This document shows positions 18,872 through 28,833 of a stretch of 64,000 nucleotides of DNA, piece by piece; position 1 is the first letter of the stretch, and each line of letters begins with the position of its first letter. Made by a program: the position numbers and the translations under genes. Source of the DNA: a virus (taxonomy: Duplodnaviria; Heunggongvirae; Uroviricota; Caudoviricetes); the IMG/VR virus record IMGVR_UViG_3300035492_000044, positions 46,179-110,178 of that record, one strand, 5' to 3'. The notes below the pieces were generated by a model. That model saw only the letters and a program-made list of their open reading frames with translations, made no database searches and was not told where the DNA came from.

Positions 18872-21106
18872 ATGATTGAGTTAGTGACTAAGCGAGATGG
18901 ATCTGTAGTCCCATTTGATGCAGATAAACTCAATATGTGGGCTGAGTATGCTTCCAACGAGGGAGTATCTTGGTCGTCAGTAGTCCTTGAGGCTGTAGAT
19001 AAGCTTCATAATCTGATTGAAACACGCAAGATTCAGCAAGCCCTGGTTGATGTTCTTATCTCCAAGAAGACTGAGGCAGCTGCACGTATGGCAGCTAAAC
19101 TCACTATTGGTGATATTTACAAACAGGTTCATGGTGGACTGTGGCCATCTCCATTCTCCCAGAGATACCGTCAACTGGTAGCTGATGGCTACTGGAAGGA
19201 CTACAATCTGACTGATGAGGAACTGGCTCGACTAGAAGCAGAAATTGATCATGACTTTGATCACACGTACGAGTATGCTTCTCTCCATCAATGGGCCAGT
19301 AGATATGCACTGAGGCGTAAGTCTGATGAGGAACTCGTTGAGTCTCCACAAGAGACCCTTATGGGTATCGCTATCTGCCTATTCGAACATGAGAAAGGTG
19401 ATCGTGTTCATCAGATGCTGCGGTACTACCGTAAGTCTAAGCCACGTAAGCTCAATCAGGCTACTCCGATTCTAGCTGCCTCTCGTACCGGTGAGAATGC
19501 CCAGGCGTCCTGCTGTGTAATCACTGCGGGGGATAGTATCCCTAGTCTAATGGCGGCTGAGAACGTAGCATTCGGCATGACTGCTGCACGTGCAGGTCTA
19601 GGTGTCGAATTCGATATCCGCTCCTATGGGGATATCGTAGGTAATAATAAGTGCAAGCACTCAGGAAAGATACCTCAGTTTAATAAACTGCTGCATTCCA
19701 TCAAGTCTGTCACCCAAGGTGTACGAGCAGGTGCGGCTACAGTAAGCTTCAACTGCATGGACCCAGAGTTCGAAGATCTAATTCGACTCAAGCGAGTTAC
19801 TACTCCGGAAGATCGTCGTATCCTTCTTCTGGACTACTCTCTGGTTATCAATAACGACTTCCTGTCTCGAGTAGCTCGTAATGATGACTGGATGCTAGTC
19901 TCTAAGAGAGTTGCCCCAGACCTGTGGCATGCCTTCTACGAAGACAGAGATGCATTCCCAGGTATCATGCAGAGATATCTGGATGAGCGTAAGGTAGGTG
20001 TCGGTACTGTAGTTAAGGCTCGTGAAGTACTTACTGCGTACATTCAATCTCGTTACGATACTGGTCGTTACTACCGCTTCAATGTGGATAACGTCAATGA
20101 TCACACACCGTTCCGTGATGTTGTTCGTTTATCTAACCTATGCCAAGAGATTGCTCTGGTAACCAAGGAGTATGGTTCCGTCATGGAACTATTCCGTGAA
20201 TATCAGGATGGTGATGGTATTACTGCACTGTGCTTCCTCCTAGCTGTTGACGTAGCTAAGATTGAGGATGACGAAGACTATGCTGAGACCATTAGCATTG
20301 GTCAGCGTGCTCTTGATAATATCATCCAGCACATGCACTATCCATTCCCGAATATCGAATCCACTGCCAAAGGATTCAATAGCATTGGTATTGGTATCAC
20401 CAACTTAGCTTATCTGTTGGCTCGAGAAGACCTGACATATAGCAGCGAGGAAGGTCGTAACTTCATCCATCGTCTATCTGAAACTCACCTGTATCACTCC
20501 ATTAAGTCGTCCATTGAGCTGGCTAAGGAGAGAGGTGCATTCAAGTTTATTGATAAGACTAAGTGGGGTGATGGCTATCTACCCATTGACTCGTACAAGC
20601 GTGAAATTGACGAACATCACTCTCAACCTCTGCTGCGTGACTGGGAATCTCTGAGACCTCAGCTGAGAACCTATGGATGTCGCTTCAGTACTCACGTAGC
20701 TCATATGCCGTGTGAGTCTTCAAGCGTATTTGGTTACAGTACTAATGGTCTATATCCGATTCGTCAAGGTATCCTACTCAAAGGTAAGGAGAGACTTCTC
20801 TTCATCGCACCTGAGTGGGAACGTCTGCAAGATAAGTACGAGATGGCATGGGACATCGCTACTCGTGACTTGTATAAGTGCTATGGTCTTGTCCAGAAAT
20901 TCTCTGATCAAGCTATCAGTGCTGATACTTATGTGGACTTCAGCCAGTATCCAGACGGTAAGGTACCTCTTCGTGAGTCTATGTCTGACTTCCTATTTGG
21001 TAATAAGATAGGTATGAAGACAGATTACTACCTCACTCCAAAGACTAGTTTCGATCTAGGTGGTGACGAGGGAACTGATCCATGTGGCGGTGCATGTAAA
21101 ATGTAA
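18872..21106 (+). CDS. nrdA: Ribonucleotide reductase class I large subunit with ATP-cone
   Basis: N-terminal 'VTKRDGSVVPFDADKL' ATP-cone, 'SNLCQEI' active-site motif, C-terminal 'CGGACKM' redox tail. Confidence 0.9.
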   Translation: MIELVTKRDGSVVPFDADKLNMWAEYASNEGVSWSSVVLEAVDKLHNLIETRKIQQALVDVLISKKTEAAARMAAKLTIGDIYKQVHGGLWPSPFSQRYRQLVADGYWKDYNLTDEELARLEAEIDHDFDHTYEYASLHQWASRYALRRKSDEELVESPQETLMGIAICLFEHEKGDRVHQMLRYYRKSKPRKLNQATPILAASRTGENAQASCCVITAGDSIPSLMAAENVAFGMTAARAGLGVEFDIRSYGDIVGNNKCKHSGKIPQFNKLLHSIKSVTQGVRAGAATVSFNCMDPEFEDLIRLKRVTTPEDRRILLLDYSLVINNDFLSRVARNDDWMLVSKRVAPDLWHAFYEDRDAFPGIMQRYLDERKVGVGTVVKAREVLTAYIQSRYDTGRYYRFNVDNVNDHTPFRDVVRLSNLCQEIALVTKEYGSVMELFREYQDGDGITALCFLLAVDVAKIEDDEDYAETISIGQRALDNIIQHMHYPFPNIESTAKGFNSIGIGITNLAYLLAREDLTYSSEEGRNFIHRLSETHLYHSIKSSIELAKERGAFKFIDKTKWGDGYLPIDSYKREIDEHHSQPLLRDWESLRPQLRTYGCRFSTHVAHMPCESSSVFGYSTNGLYPIRQGILLKGKERLLFIAPEWERLQDKYEMAWDIATRDLYKCYGLVQKFSDQAISADTYVDFSQYPDGKVPLRESMSDFLFGNKIGMKTDYYLTPKTSFDLGGDEGTDPCGGACKM

Positions 21107-21156
21107 TATGAAGGGGAGTTGAAATATACTCCCCATCTCTTAATGTTGGAGATGTC

Positions 21157-22251
21157 ATGAGAGAGATTTTCAATCCGTCCAATAGTAATAACCTAAGAGG
21201 TCACTACCCTCTACTTCTGGGTGAAGACCTTGGATTCCATGATAACATCAACGTAACATATCCGAAGATAGCTAAGGTTCGTGACGAACTCAAAGCGAAT
21301 AACTGGGTGTGGGATGAGATCAAGCTGAAGCAGGATGCTCGTGACATCCTCAACCCAGCACTTGCTCCGTCAGTTGATGTAATGATCAAGACACTAAGTT
21401 TCCAGATGGCTGGTGATGCTATTGCGTCACGTAGCGTCCAGGATATCTTAGGTCTGTTCTGCAGTAATAACGAGTTAGATGGTCTTCTGAAGTACTGGGC
21501 ATGGAACGAGTATGTCCATGGCATGACTTACTCTGAGATTGTACGTGCAGCCTTCCGTAATAGCCAGGAAGTCTTCGAGTCGATTAAGAGCGACATGCAT
21601 GTACTTAAGAGAGCTAAGTCTGTAGCTAAGGTATTCAAAGAGACCTATGAACTAGGTCTTCGCTATAAGCTCGGTGAGAACATTCCTCGTGAAGTTCTGA
21701 TGAGAGCTATCCTGCGGTACCTGGTTGTACTGTACGCTCTGGAGACTATCAGCTTTGGTGCATCGTTCGCATCTACTTTTGCTCTGGTAGACTCTACTAA
21801 GAGCTTCGTAGGTATCGGATCTAATGTTCAGCTGATTGCCAAGGATGAGCTGAAGCACTCATTCGCTGGTAAGACTATTCTGATGATCCTGTTGAAGGAC
21901 ATTGAATGGCGTAAGGTGTATGCTTCTATCCTCCTTGAGGTTAAGTATCTTCTTGATGAAGTTATGACCCTTGAATTCTCATGGGGTCCATACTTGTTCA
22001 GTGAAGGTCGTCAGATCCTCGGTCTTAACTCCAAGCTACTGGCTAACTACACTACTCATCTGGCAGCTCCTGTCTATGATTTCCTGGAGATCAAGATGGA
22101 GTATCAAGCCCCGTCATCGAATCCTCTACCTTGGATGGATGATTGGCTTGATATGGATAAGTCCCAGAAAGCTGCTCAGGAAGAACAACTGGTTAACTAC
22201 AAAGTTAATAGTGTAGTTGACGATCTTGGTAGTGATGTTCTGACGTTCTAA
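21157..22251 (+). CDS. nrdB: Ribonucleotide reductase class I small subunit
   Basis: 'WNEYVHGMTYS' and 'ALETISFGASFASTFAL' ferritin-like motifs. Confidence 0.85.
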   Translation: MREIFNPSNSNNLRGHYPLLLGEDLGFHDNINVTYPKIAKVRDELKANNWVWDEIKLKQDARDILNPALAPSVDVMIKTLSFQMAGDAIASRSVQDILGLFCSNNELDGLLKYWAWNEYVHGMTYSEIVRAAFRNSQEVFESIKSDMHVLKRAKSVAKVFKETYELGLRYKLGENIPREVLMRAILRYLVVLYALETISFGASFASTFALVDSTKSFVGIGSNVQLIAKDELKHSFAGKTILMILLKDIEWRKVYASILLEVKYLLDEVMTLEFSWGPYLFSEGRQILGLNSKLLANYTTHLAAPVYDFLEIKMEYQAPSSNPLPWMDDWLDMDKSQKAAQEEQLVNYKVNSVVDDLGSDVLTF

Positions 22252-22253
22252 TC

Positions 22254-22307
22254 GGGGCGCTTACAGACTGTAAAAGCCAGTTAAGGTGCGAGGGGCGAAC
22301 TGCCCCT
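22254..22307 (+). promoter_or_regulatory. Class-A motif copy + hairpin AGGGGCGAACTGCCCCT
   Basis: 'GGGGCGCTTACAGACTGTAAAAGCCAGTTAAGGTGCGAGGGGCGAACTGCCCCT' upstream of 22330. Confidence 0.6.
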
Positions 22308-22329
22308 TCTACCTACTTTGGAGATCCAC

Positions 22330-22656
22330 ATGAGCAAGCAACTTGACCTTATCAAAGAAGCCTATGCCAAGCATAAGGATGTAATCGATGCCTACATAAT
22401 TGCTGTGGCAGACAAGTTCGTAGGTGAAGACCTCGATACGTCCTACGCCTACACCATGATGTTCGACGATGGATGCCTCGATGCATTCTCGAACTGCTAC
22501 GAGCCCTACCTGGAGTACGTAGCTGAATATGGAAATGACGATGATGATGCCGAGTTCGCCGGTCAAGTGTGGATTGATGTTCTGCGGGAAACTGGTGACG
22601 ATAAATACGAGGCAATCCTCGCTCGCTTCGTCGATATCCAGGAAAATGGTTTGTAA
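22330..22656 (+). CDS. small highly acidic protein
   Basis: D/E-rich composition ('GNDDDDAEFAG'); preceded by class-A motif 22254 and RBS 'ggaga'. Confidence 0.5.
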   Translation: MSKQLDLIKEAYAKHKDVIDAYIIAVADKFVGEDLDTSYAYTMMFDDGCLDAFSNCYEPYLEYVAEYGNDDDDAEFAGQVWIDVLRETGDDKYEAILARFVDIQENGL

Positions 22657-22717
22657 CCCTACGTGATCTAATGGGTGGAGAAATGTCCCTTCGCCCTATA
22701 CATAAGGAGATGCCCTC

Positions 22718-22978
22718 ATGAAATTCATTACCTCCCTCGCTATCGTAATGGCTATGGCTACTATCGCCCAGGCCGATCCTGTCAACTCTACCATGGATCT
22801 GAAGGAGTTCACTCCTCAGATTGTACTGGCGAAGTTCTACGACTTCGATGCCGACGTAATCTGCTACGCTCAAACTACCAATACCTTCTCGTGTGTCTCG
22901 GTAAATACCTTGACCACTGATGGCCAAGATCACTATCTGGAGAAGAAGGAACAATATCTCCGGTCGATAGATAAGTGA
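22718..22978 (+). CDS. small secreted protein with signal peptide
   Basis: 'MKFITSLAIVMAMATIAQA' signal-peptide-like N-terminus. Confidence 0.5.
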   Translation: MKFITSLAIVMAMATIAQADPVNSTMDLKEFTPQIVLAKFYDFDADVICYAQTTNTFSCVSVNTLTTDGQDHYLEKKEQYLRSIDK

Positions 22979-22986
22979 GGTAGCTT

Positions 22987-23400
22987 ATGAGTGCTCGAAG
23001 TCTAGGAGAGTTTAATCTCCTGTTAGAGGGAGCAGAGAGGGATGCGATGTGCTACCTAATACGTAAGCACTTGCCAGAGCACCTACATCTTCGACAAGAC
23101 CCAGAAGATCCATGCCTAGTAGCCACCGACCTTGAATGGGCTATTAAGATATTGGATGCCTGTCCTGAGTATTTAGTTCCTTATATGGAGCGAGTACTAG
23201 CCGAAGCGATAATCCGAGCTACTGCTCACATTGACCAGAAGATATTTAAGAAGTACTTCAATGAGCCCCTAACTGAGTTCACTGTCCAGAGAATGAACCA
23301 GACTCTGCGTGAATGGGAACATAAAGAGGTACGAGAAGGAAGATTTGGTCTTCGTGATTTGATTCTGCACTATTCTGGTGTAGTTCCAGCTAATAAATAA
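22987..23400 (+). CDS. hypothetical protein
   Basis: ORF; N-terminus 'MSARSLGEFNLLLEG' loosely fits the LxE paralog peptide. Confidence 0.4.
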   Translation: MSARSLGEFNLLLEGAERDAMCYLIRKHLPEHLHLRQDPEDPCLVATDLEWAIKILDACPEYLVPYMERVLAEAIIRATAHIDQKIFKKYFNEPLTEFTVQRMNQTLREWEHKEVREGRFGLRDLILHYSGVVPANK

Positions 23401-23672
23401 TAAGGAGAAGTTGCATGTGGTTGTTCATTGTATTTTCGTGTGGTCTGATGGATCATAATTGCCGGGTAGAGAAGACCCAGTATCCAACAGAAGAGTCATG
23501 CGGTATCCGATCGGAGTCATTTGCAGCTAGTCTCGAAGTAATTAAGCCTAAGGCACGTATTATCTACTACTGCCAAGAGGCTGCTCTGGAGGATGAACAA
23601 ACTCCATGAGAAAGAATTCCGTCTGGTATAACCAGTTAGAAAATAACTAACTTAAATATGAGGTTTATCACG

Positions 23673-23963
23673 ATGAGTAAAGCGAAAGAGGTGTTATCTC
23701 ACCTTAACGAGATAAACGAGGCTGCAGCTGTTGATATGCAGGGAGCAGCTAAGGCTATTAAGGCAGAGCTTGCCGGCAAGTATAACCGTGCAGTTCTATA
23801 CTCTGATCGAGATCAGCCAGGTGTGATCAATGTGGCTTTTAATATTGATATGGACGATGTTCCGGACTCTGTGGTTTATGGCCTAGAGAACATAGGGAAG
23901 AAGTTTAATGTTAAAGTGTGGTCAAGCCGAGCAATATACGGTGACAGCCTGGAGAGAATGTGA
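23673..23963 (+). CDS. paralog-family protein (N-terminal 'MSKAKEVLSHLNEI')
   Basis: Shares the N-terminal peptide with the four downstream paralogs; start chosen at the second ATG to match the family. Confidence 0.5.
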   Translation: MSKAKEVLSHLNEINEAAAVDMQGAAKAIKAELAGKYNRAVLYSDRDQPGVINVAFNIDMDDVPDSVVYGLENIGKKFNVKVWSSRAIYGDSLERM

Positions 23964-24862
23964 TGAGTAGGGCTAAATCTCTTATCGACTTATGTGAAGC
24001 AGTCGATAAATACGGGGTAGGTCAGGTGATTGATGTCGACTGGGATGGTCCCAGTAAGGCGCTAATTGCTAGTCGCGAAGGATCCGACAGCTACATACTG
24101 AAACGGGTTATCAATGGGAAGCCGTCTAATAAAGACGAAGACCATTGCGAAGTCAGTAAGGCTGAACTGGAAGATATGATGGAGTCCAAGACTGAATTCA
24201 ATCTAATCAAGTTCAACGACAGAAAGACTTACGACGCTGCCCTTCGTAAGTTCGATTCCCAGATCGAATTTGAGAATGAGGATCCGGACGAGCTTACTCT
24301 GAAGGTTCCATCGAGGGTATCCGATGCTATTGAAGACTACCTTAACGACAGTTCTCTGTACAAGGTGACCTTTAATATCCAAGAGGCAGTAGAAGATAAT
24401 GGATGCTACTGGGTTTGGACTAAGAGACTTAGTCACTTACAGAAATATGACTGGGTTATCGAGCGAGGCTATGAAACAGAGCAGGATGCCTATTCTGCCG
24501 CTAAGTCGATTATCCATAACGGTAAGAGGCCAGTGCTAGCGGCTATTGGCACTGAGACTATGCCTGGTTATCTGGTTAACTACGGGATGACTTTCAAAGA
24601 AGTCAAGAGTAAACCTCTAGCTAAAGCTGTTAATGAGGCCCTTGACCTTACTACTATGATGAAAGCGGGTAAGACTTATGCGGTCTACATGAATGATCCC
24701 CGTACTAATGAGTGGTCGTATCTTATGGGGTACTACGAAGCCAAACCTAATCAGGATCTCAAAGCATTCAAGAAGAGCATGCACCCAGACTGGGCGTACG
24801 TTTATGTGTTTGAAGAACCTGTCAGAGACAACAAGAAGGTAAAAGAGGTAGGTGAAAAATGA
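23960..24862 (+). CDS. paralog-family protein (N-terminal 'MSRAKSLIDLCEAV')
   Basis: Conserved N-terminal peptide; tandem array. Confidence 0.55.
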   Translation: MMSRAKSLIDLCEAVDKYGVGQVIDVDWDGPSKALIASREGSDSYILKRVINGKPSNKDEDHCEVSKAELEDMMESKTEFNLIKFNDRKTYDAALRKFDSQIEFENEDPDELTLKVPSRVSDAIEDYLNDSSLYKVTFNIQEAVEDNGCYWVWTKRLSHLQKYDWVIERGYETEQDAYSAAKSIIHNGKRPVLAAIGTETMPGYLVNYGMTFKEVKSKPLAKAVNEALDLTTMMKAGKTYAVYMNDPRTNEWSYLMGYYEAKPNQDLKAFKKSMHPDWAYVYVFEEPVRDNKKVKEVGEK

Positions 24863-25788
24863 ATAAGGCTAAGAAACTACTAAGCATATGTGAATCTATT
24901 CAGCAAGGAGATCGAGTTTTCCTGACTTCCGCTGGATGGTGGAAAAGCAGAGCCACTGCTATGACGGAAGAGTGGTCTCATGAGGACCGTCCAGGTCACG
25001 TCATTATTCTGAAGGACGATAGTTCAGATCCGTCTTACGTAGTAAATAGAAAGACAATTCACAATGGGCCTCTGGCTGGTAAGACCTTCCAGAATCTCAT
25101 TATGAAGGGGATTGAAGAATCGGGATCTCCGTACCAGGATCTGGTGGCTAAGTACATCAAAGAGAATGGTAAAGATGACAAGCCCGTCATCAATGCTCTT
25201 GAGAACTTCGCCAATATGTGCGATGATGGCGCAGATGAACAGGAAGCATTTGACGATGCTTTCCGTAAGTTCGCTCATGGTACCAAGGAGAATATCAAGC
25301 ATAAGCTGAAAGGCTTGGGTATTGATATTCAGGAGTCAAAGGACGAAGGATTCAAAGTTATTTGGACTGATCGTGACTATAAGGAGTTTAGCAAGAACTT
25401 TAGTAATAGCAAGTTAGGATCTCCAGATGAAGCTGAGAATAAAGCGCGTAGCTTCATGAAGAAACTGGAGAAGGATGAGAATATTCGCTCAGTGTCAATG
25501 AAGTCTATTAATGAGGCCCAAGCTGCTACGTGGGTAAAGACCACAGCTGACGGCAATCGTGCTCTCGAGTACTTTGATAAGTCAGGTAGCGGCGAGACTT
25601 ACGTTGTAGTTAAGGATCCTAAAGTATACAACAGATTCGAAGTGTATGCTATCGGATGGGAAGATGACTCTGTATCCTTCAAGGTAGATAATTACGACGC
25701 CTTCAAGAATACCTACGATAAGTCATTCGGCCATGGACCAGTTCCAGGAGAGAATGAGTATAATTATCTAGTAACAGGTAAGAAGTAG
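24859..25788 (+). CDS. paralog-family protein (N-terminal 'MNKAKKLLSICESI')
   Basis: Conserved N-terminal peptide; translationally coupled. Confidence 0.55.
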   Translation: MNKAKKLLSICESIQQGDRVFLTSAGWWKSRATAMTEEWSHEDRPGHVIILKDDSSDPSYVVNRKTIHNGPLAGKTFQNLIMKGIEESGSPYQDLVAKYIKENGKDDKPVINALENFANMCDDGADEQEAFDDAFRKFAHGTKENIKHKLKGLGIDIQESKDEGFKVIWTDRDYKEFSKNFSNSKLGSPDEAENKARSFMKKLEKDENIRSVSMKSINEAQAATWVKTTADGNRALEYFDKSGSGETYVVVKDPKVYNRFEVYAIGWEDDSVSFKVDNYDAFKNTYDKSFGHGPVPGENEYNYLVTGKK

Positions 25789-25789
25789 G

Positions 25790-26164
25790 ATGAATAGGTC
25801 TCAGAAACTAATATCTCTTTGTGAATCTATAAAACAAAAGAAGATTTCTGAAGAAGAGGCCAAGTCTAAAGGATGGTACTTACTCCCAGAACATAAGAAG
25901 TGGTTGGCAGACAATCTTTCAACTCTAGTTGAGGTTAATGTCGATGACTGTTATCAATGGGAATATAATCCACCTCTTGATGAAAACAACAAGACTGTGA
26001 TTAGTATAGTAGATGATATGAAACAGGGTTATCGTCTTCCTATTATCGAAATACGATATGACAGCTCTCGTAGAAAATACAAGATCTCTGACGGTCAGCA
26101 TAGATGGGTTGCATGGGGAAGTCTAGGTAATAAGACCATCCCAGCCTTGCTAACTAAAGAGTGA
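25790..26164 (+). CDS. paralog-family protein (N-terminal 'MNRSQKLISLCESI')
   Basis: Conserved N-terminal peptide. Confidence 0.55.
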   Translation: MNRSQKLISLCESIKQKKISEEEAKSKGWYLLPEHKKWLADNLSTLVEVNVDDCYQWEYNPPLDENNKTVISIVDDMKQGYRLPIIEIRYDSSRRKYKISDGQHRWVAWGSLGNKTIPALLTKE

Positions 26165-26286
26165 TTTAATGCTGGTACTCGATTTAGGGTACCAGCTTTT
26201 TATATGCCATTCATTCCAACGTCCAGATAAGTCGAAACCCTGTAAGGTCGGGGAAGGTCCTCCACTTAATTAGGAGTTTAATTAGT

Positions 26287-26571
26287 ATGTCCATTACTAT
26301 CAATGTCTTCAATGAGAATCGTGAGCTGGTATCTGATTATCCATTTCTGCGTATGTGGAAACAGTTCATTGATGCGTGGACTGGCAAGGACCTGTATATT
26401 GAGGAAGAAGGATGCTATCTCTGCGAGCTATCTCGTCTCGATGCTAAACACTTCTTCTCCTTCATTCTGAATGTAGGTACTAATGATAATGTCTGGGACA
26501 AGATGGATCTTCAGAAGCTCCTTCGTGACATCGAGTATTATAAAGACTGCACAGTGAGGATTGTTGGATGA
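26287..26571 (+). CDS. hypothetical protein
   Basis: ORF after class-B-like motif 26218. Confidence 0.4.
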   Translation: MSITINVFNENRELVSDYPFLRMWKQFIDAWTGKDLYIEEEGCYLCELSRLDAKHFFSFILNVGTNDNVWDKMDLQKLLRDIEYYKDCTVRIVG

Positions 26572-27101
26572 GTCATGTTCGGATCTACCACTACCACATA
26601 ACCGTGGAGTGTGATCGTGAAGAACTGATTAATTTCTCCAAACTATTAGGAGCTAAGGCAACTACTATCGATTTGCATCGAGATGCCAGGATGCAGATTG
26701 ACCGTATGCTAACCAAATACTCCACCGATCTGGCAGATATGAAGAGTATTACTGCCAGTCATTCAACCCAGATCCACGAATTAGGATATGAGGTAAAGAG
26801 AGCAAAGATCGAGGAAGTCCTTAGTACCTTCGTAGGTATTGACATAAAGGACTACTTGTATCTTGAGGCTCATATCAAAGTGGCTGATGACGGCCATCTC
26901 CCGGACGTAGATGGATTCTCAATGTCCACTAATCCATTCCAGGGAAATAGATTCTATAATGCTCGTATTTATACTGAGGAAGACCTCGTACGATACTGGC
27001 GGAATATTAAGTATCTACCTAACATAGTCAAGACTCAACTCGAAGGAGTAGTCTATGACTCAAACCAAGACCACGACAAGTGGTGGAGTAATCATGAATA
27101 A
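26568..27101 (+). CDS. hypothetical protein
   Basis: ORF, ATGA-coupled to the upstream gene. Confidence 0.4.
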   Translation: MSHVRIYHYHITVECDREELINFSKLLGAKATTIDLHRDARMQIDRMLTKYSTDLADMKSITASHSTQIHELGYEVKRAKIEEVLSTFVGIDIKDYLYLEAHIKVADDGHLPDVDGFSMSTNPFQGNRFYNARIYTEEDLVRYWRNIKYLPNIVKTQLEGVVYDSNQDHDKWWSNHE

Positions 27102-27588
27102 AGCACAGAAAGTTCTTAGTAAGCTTCGTAGCATTAATGAGGGCTATATCGCTATCTCATTTGATGCAGATACACGTCAGCGTCTGTCGGAGATCTGTGA
27201 TCTTATTGGCGAGACTTCTATCATGGAGGAAATCTCCTTCGTCGATAGTAACGAGTTCCATACGACCCTCATGTACTCTCCCACTACCCCGGTACTAGAC
27301 ATCATTCCGGAACTGGTAGGTAAGACTATCGTGGCACATAACCCACGATTCCAACTGTTCGGACCAGAAAATGATGTACTCGTAATTCAGTTCGAATCTC
27401 CCGAGCTGGATATTCTGAATCAGAAGTACAAGGATATGGGTGAGATTCCAAGTGAACTGAGTGCAGAGTACAAGCCTCACATTACTCTGGCTAAGGATGT
27501 AGTAGGCCTTGAAATGCCTACTCTTCCGGCACTACCTCTCAACATCCCATTGGTTATTACTGACCATTACGCTGAAGAAATCAAGTAG
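27094..27588 (+). CDS. 2H phosphoesterase (LigT/Acb1-like) carrying the paralog-family N-terminal peptide
   Basis: Two HxT/S motifs, 'FHTTLMYS' and 'PHITLAKD'; N-terminal 'MNKAQKVLSKLRSINEG'. Confidence 0.7.
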   Translation: MNKAQKVLSKLRSINEGYIAISFDADTRQRLSEICDLIGETSIMEEISFVDSNEFHTTLMYSPTTPVLDIIPELVGKTIVAHNPRFQLFGPENDVLVIQFESPELDILNQKYKDMGEIPSELSAEYKPHITLAKDVVGLEMPTLPALPLNIPLVITDHYAEEIK

Positions 27589-27593
27589 GTAAT

Positions 27594-28418
27594 ATGGCCA
27601 ATAAGGTTTATCGTGATGGCGAGCGAGACGGATACGGTCCTCGCCATACTAAGAACTTTAATCCCAATAACTACATCACTGTCTTTACTGATGCCTCCTA
27701 TTGTGATAGGACAGGTAAAGGAGGTATGGCTGCCTGGATCAAGGCAGCCGATGGAGTTACCCATAAACTGTACGAGAGCTTCCGAGCTAAGGACTCTGTA
27801 TCAGCAGAGAAGCAGGCTCTACAAACAGCGCTTGACTACATTATTCAGAACTTCCACACTGAGAACAAGACTCTTGTAATCAACTGTGACTGCATGCCTG
27901 TACTTGAGAGTCTGGATGTAGAGGAGATTGAAGAAGCTGGGATGTTCCTGAAGATTACTCTGAAACATGTCAAGGCTCACCGAGGTGTAAATGGACCTCG
28001 TTCATCAGTGAACACCTGGTGTGACAGCAGAGCTAAGGAGATCATGAGACTCTTCCGGGATCAGAATACGGAAGTAGGGTTTACTGTAGAAGTAGAAGAC
28101 TTCGCAGCCAGACATCGTGATAGTAAGAAGACAATAGAGGAACCATCTATGCAGGGTGAGTACAAGACATTCAACGAATGGAAGTCGTTGGGTAGAATAG
28201 TATGTAAGGGAGAACGCTCTCATAAGAGGAATGATGAGGGCAAGGCTGTATTTCATTATGACCAGACGGATAGTCTAGGTAAGAGTGAGGCTCCTCGTAA
28301 TGTCAATCACGTGAGAGGTTCCGGCATACCGGATCTTGAGAATTCTCGTGAGAATGAGAATCTGGTTAGTTCCTATACAATGTACGATGAGTACTGCAAG
28401 GAAGCTCCCTTCATGTAA
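27594..28418 (+). CDS. RNase H1-like ribonuclease with C-terminal extension
   Basis: 'VFTDASY' (D), 'AEKQAL' (E), 'INCDCM' (D), 'KAHRG..NTWCDSRAK' (H/D) catalytic pattern. Confidence 0.7.
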   Translation: MANKVYRDGERDGYGPRHTKNFNPNNYITVFTDASYCDRTGKGGMAAWIKAADGVTHKLYESFRAKDSVSAEKQALQTALDYIIQNFHTENKTLVINCDCMPVLESLDVEEIEEAGMFLKITLKHVKAHRGVNGPRSSVNTWCDSRAKEIMRLFRDQNTEVGFTVEVEDFAARHRDSKKTIEEPSMQGEYKTFNEWKSLGRIVCKGERSHKRNDEGKAVFHYDQTDSLGKSEAPRNVNHVRGSGIPDLENSRENENLVSSYTMYDEYCKEAPFM

Positions 28419-28511
28419 CGAAAAATAGTTTAGTATATCGGGGCGCTTAGGAGCCTCTAAAGCCAGTTAAGTTGGAAGGCGGGACTTCCCGCCGTACTTA
28501 CTACTTTAGAG

Positions 28512-28826
28512 GTGACAAGCATGGTTCGTCCAGTTTCGGTTATTATGCGCGAATATCGTCAGTCCACTGTTTCTTCGATTGCAGTATTCGACGAGCTTCT
28601 CAGCTACCTTCGACTGGAGGTTCGCCACGTATCTCTTGACGTGATCGCTGACCGCTGCAATATGCACCCGAATACTCTGGCTCGTTGGATGTCTGGTGAC
28701 ACCAAGTACCCCAGAACAATTTCTATCATGCAAGTGGCAGAGTACTTCGGTCTTGAACTCCAGCTTGTAGCTATCCGCAGCAAGACTATCAAGGCCAAGT
28801 CGAAGATCGATATCCGGAAAGTATGA
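28512..28826 (+). CDS. HTH DNA-binding protein (XRE-like)
   Basis: 'VSLDVIADRCNMHPNTLARWMSG' helix-turn-helix; preceded by class-A motif 28440. Confidence 0.5.
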   Translation: MTSMVRPVSVIMREYRQSTVSSIAVFDELLSYLRLEVRHVSLDVIADRCNMHPNTLARWMSGDTKYPRTISIMQVAEYFGLELQLVAIRSKTIKAKSKIDIRKV

Positions 28827-28833
28827 GGTAAAT

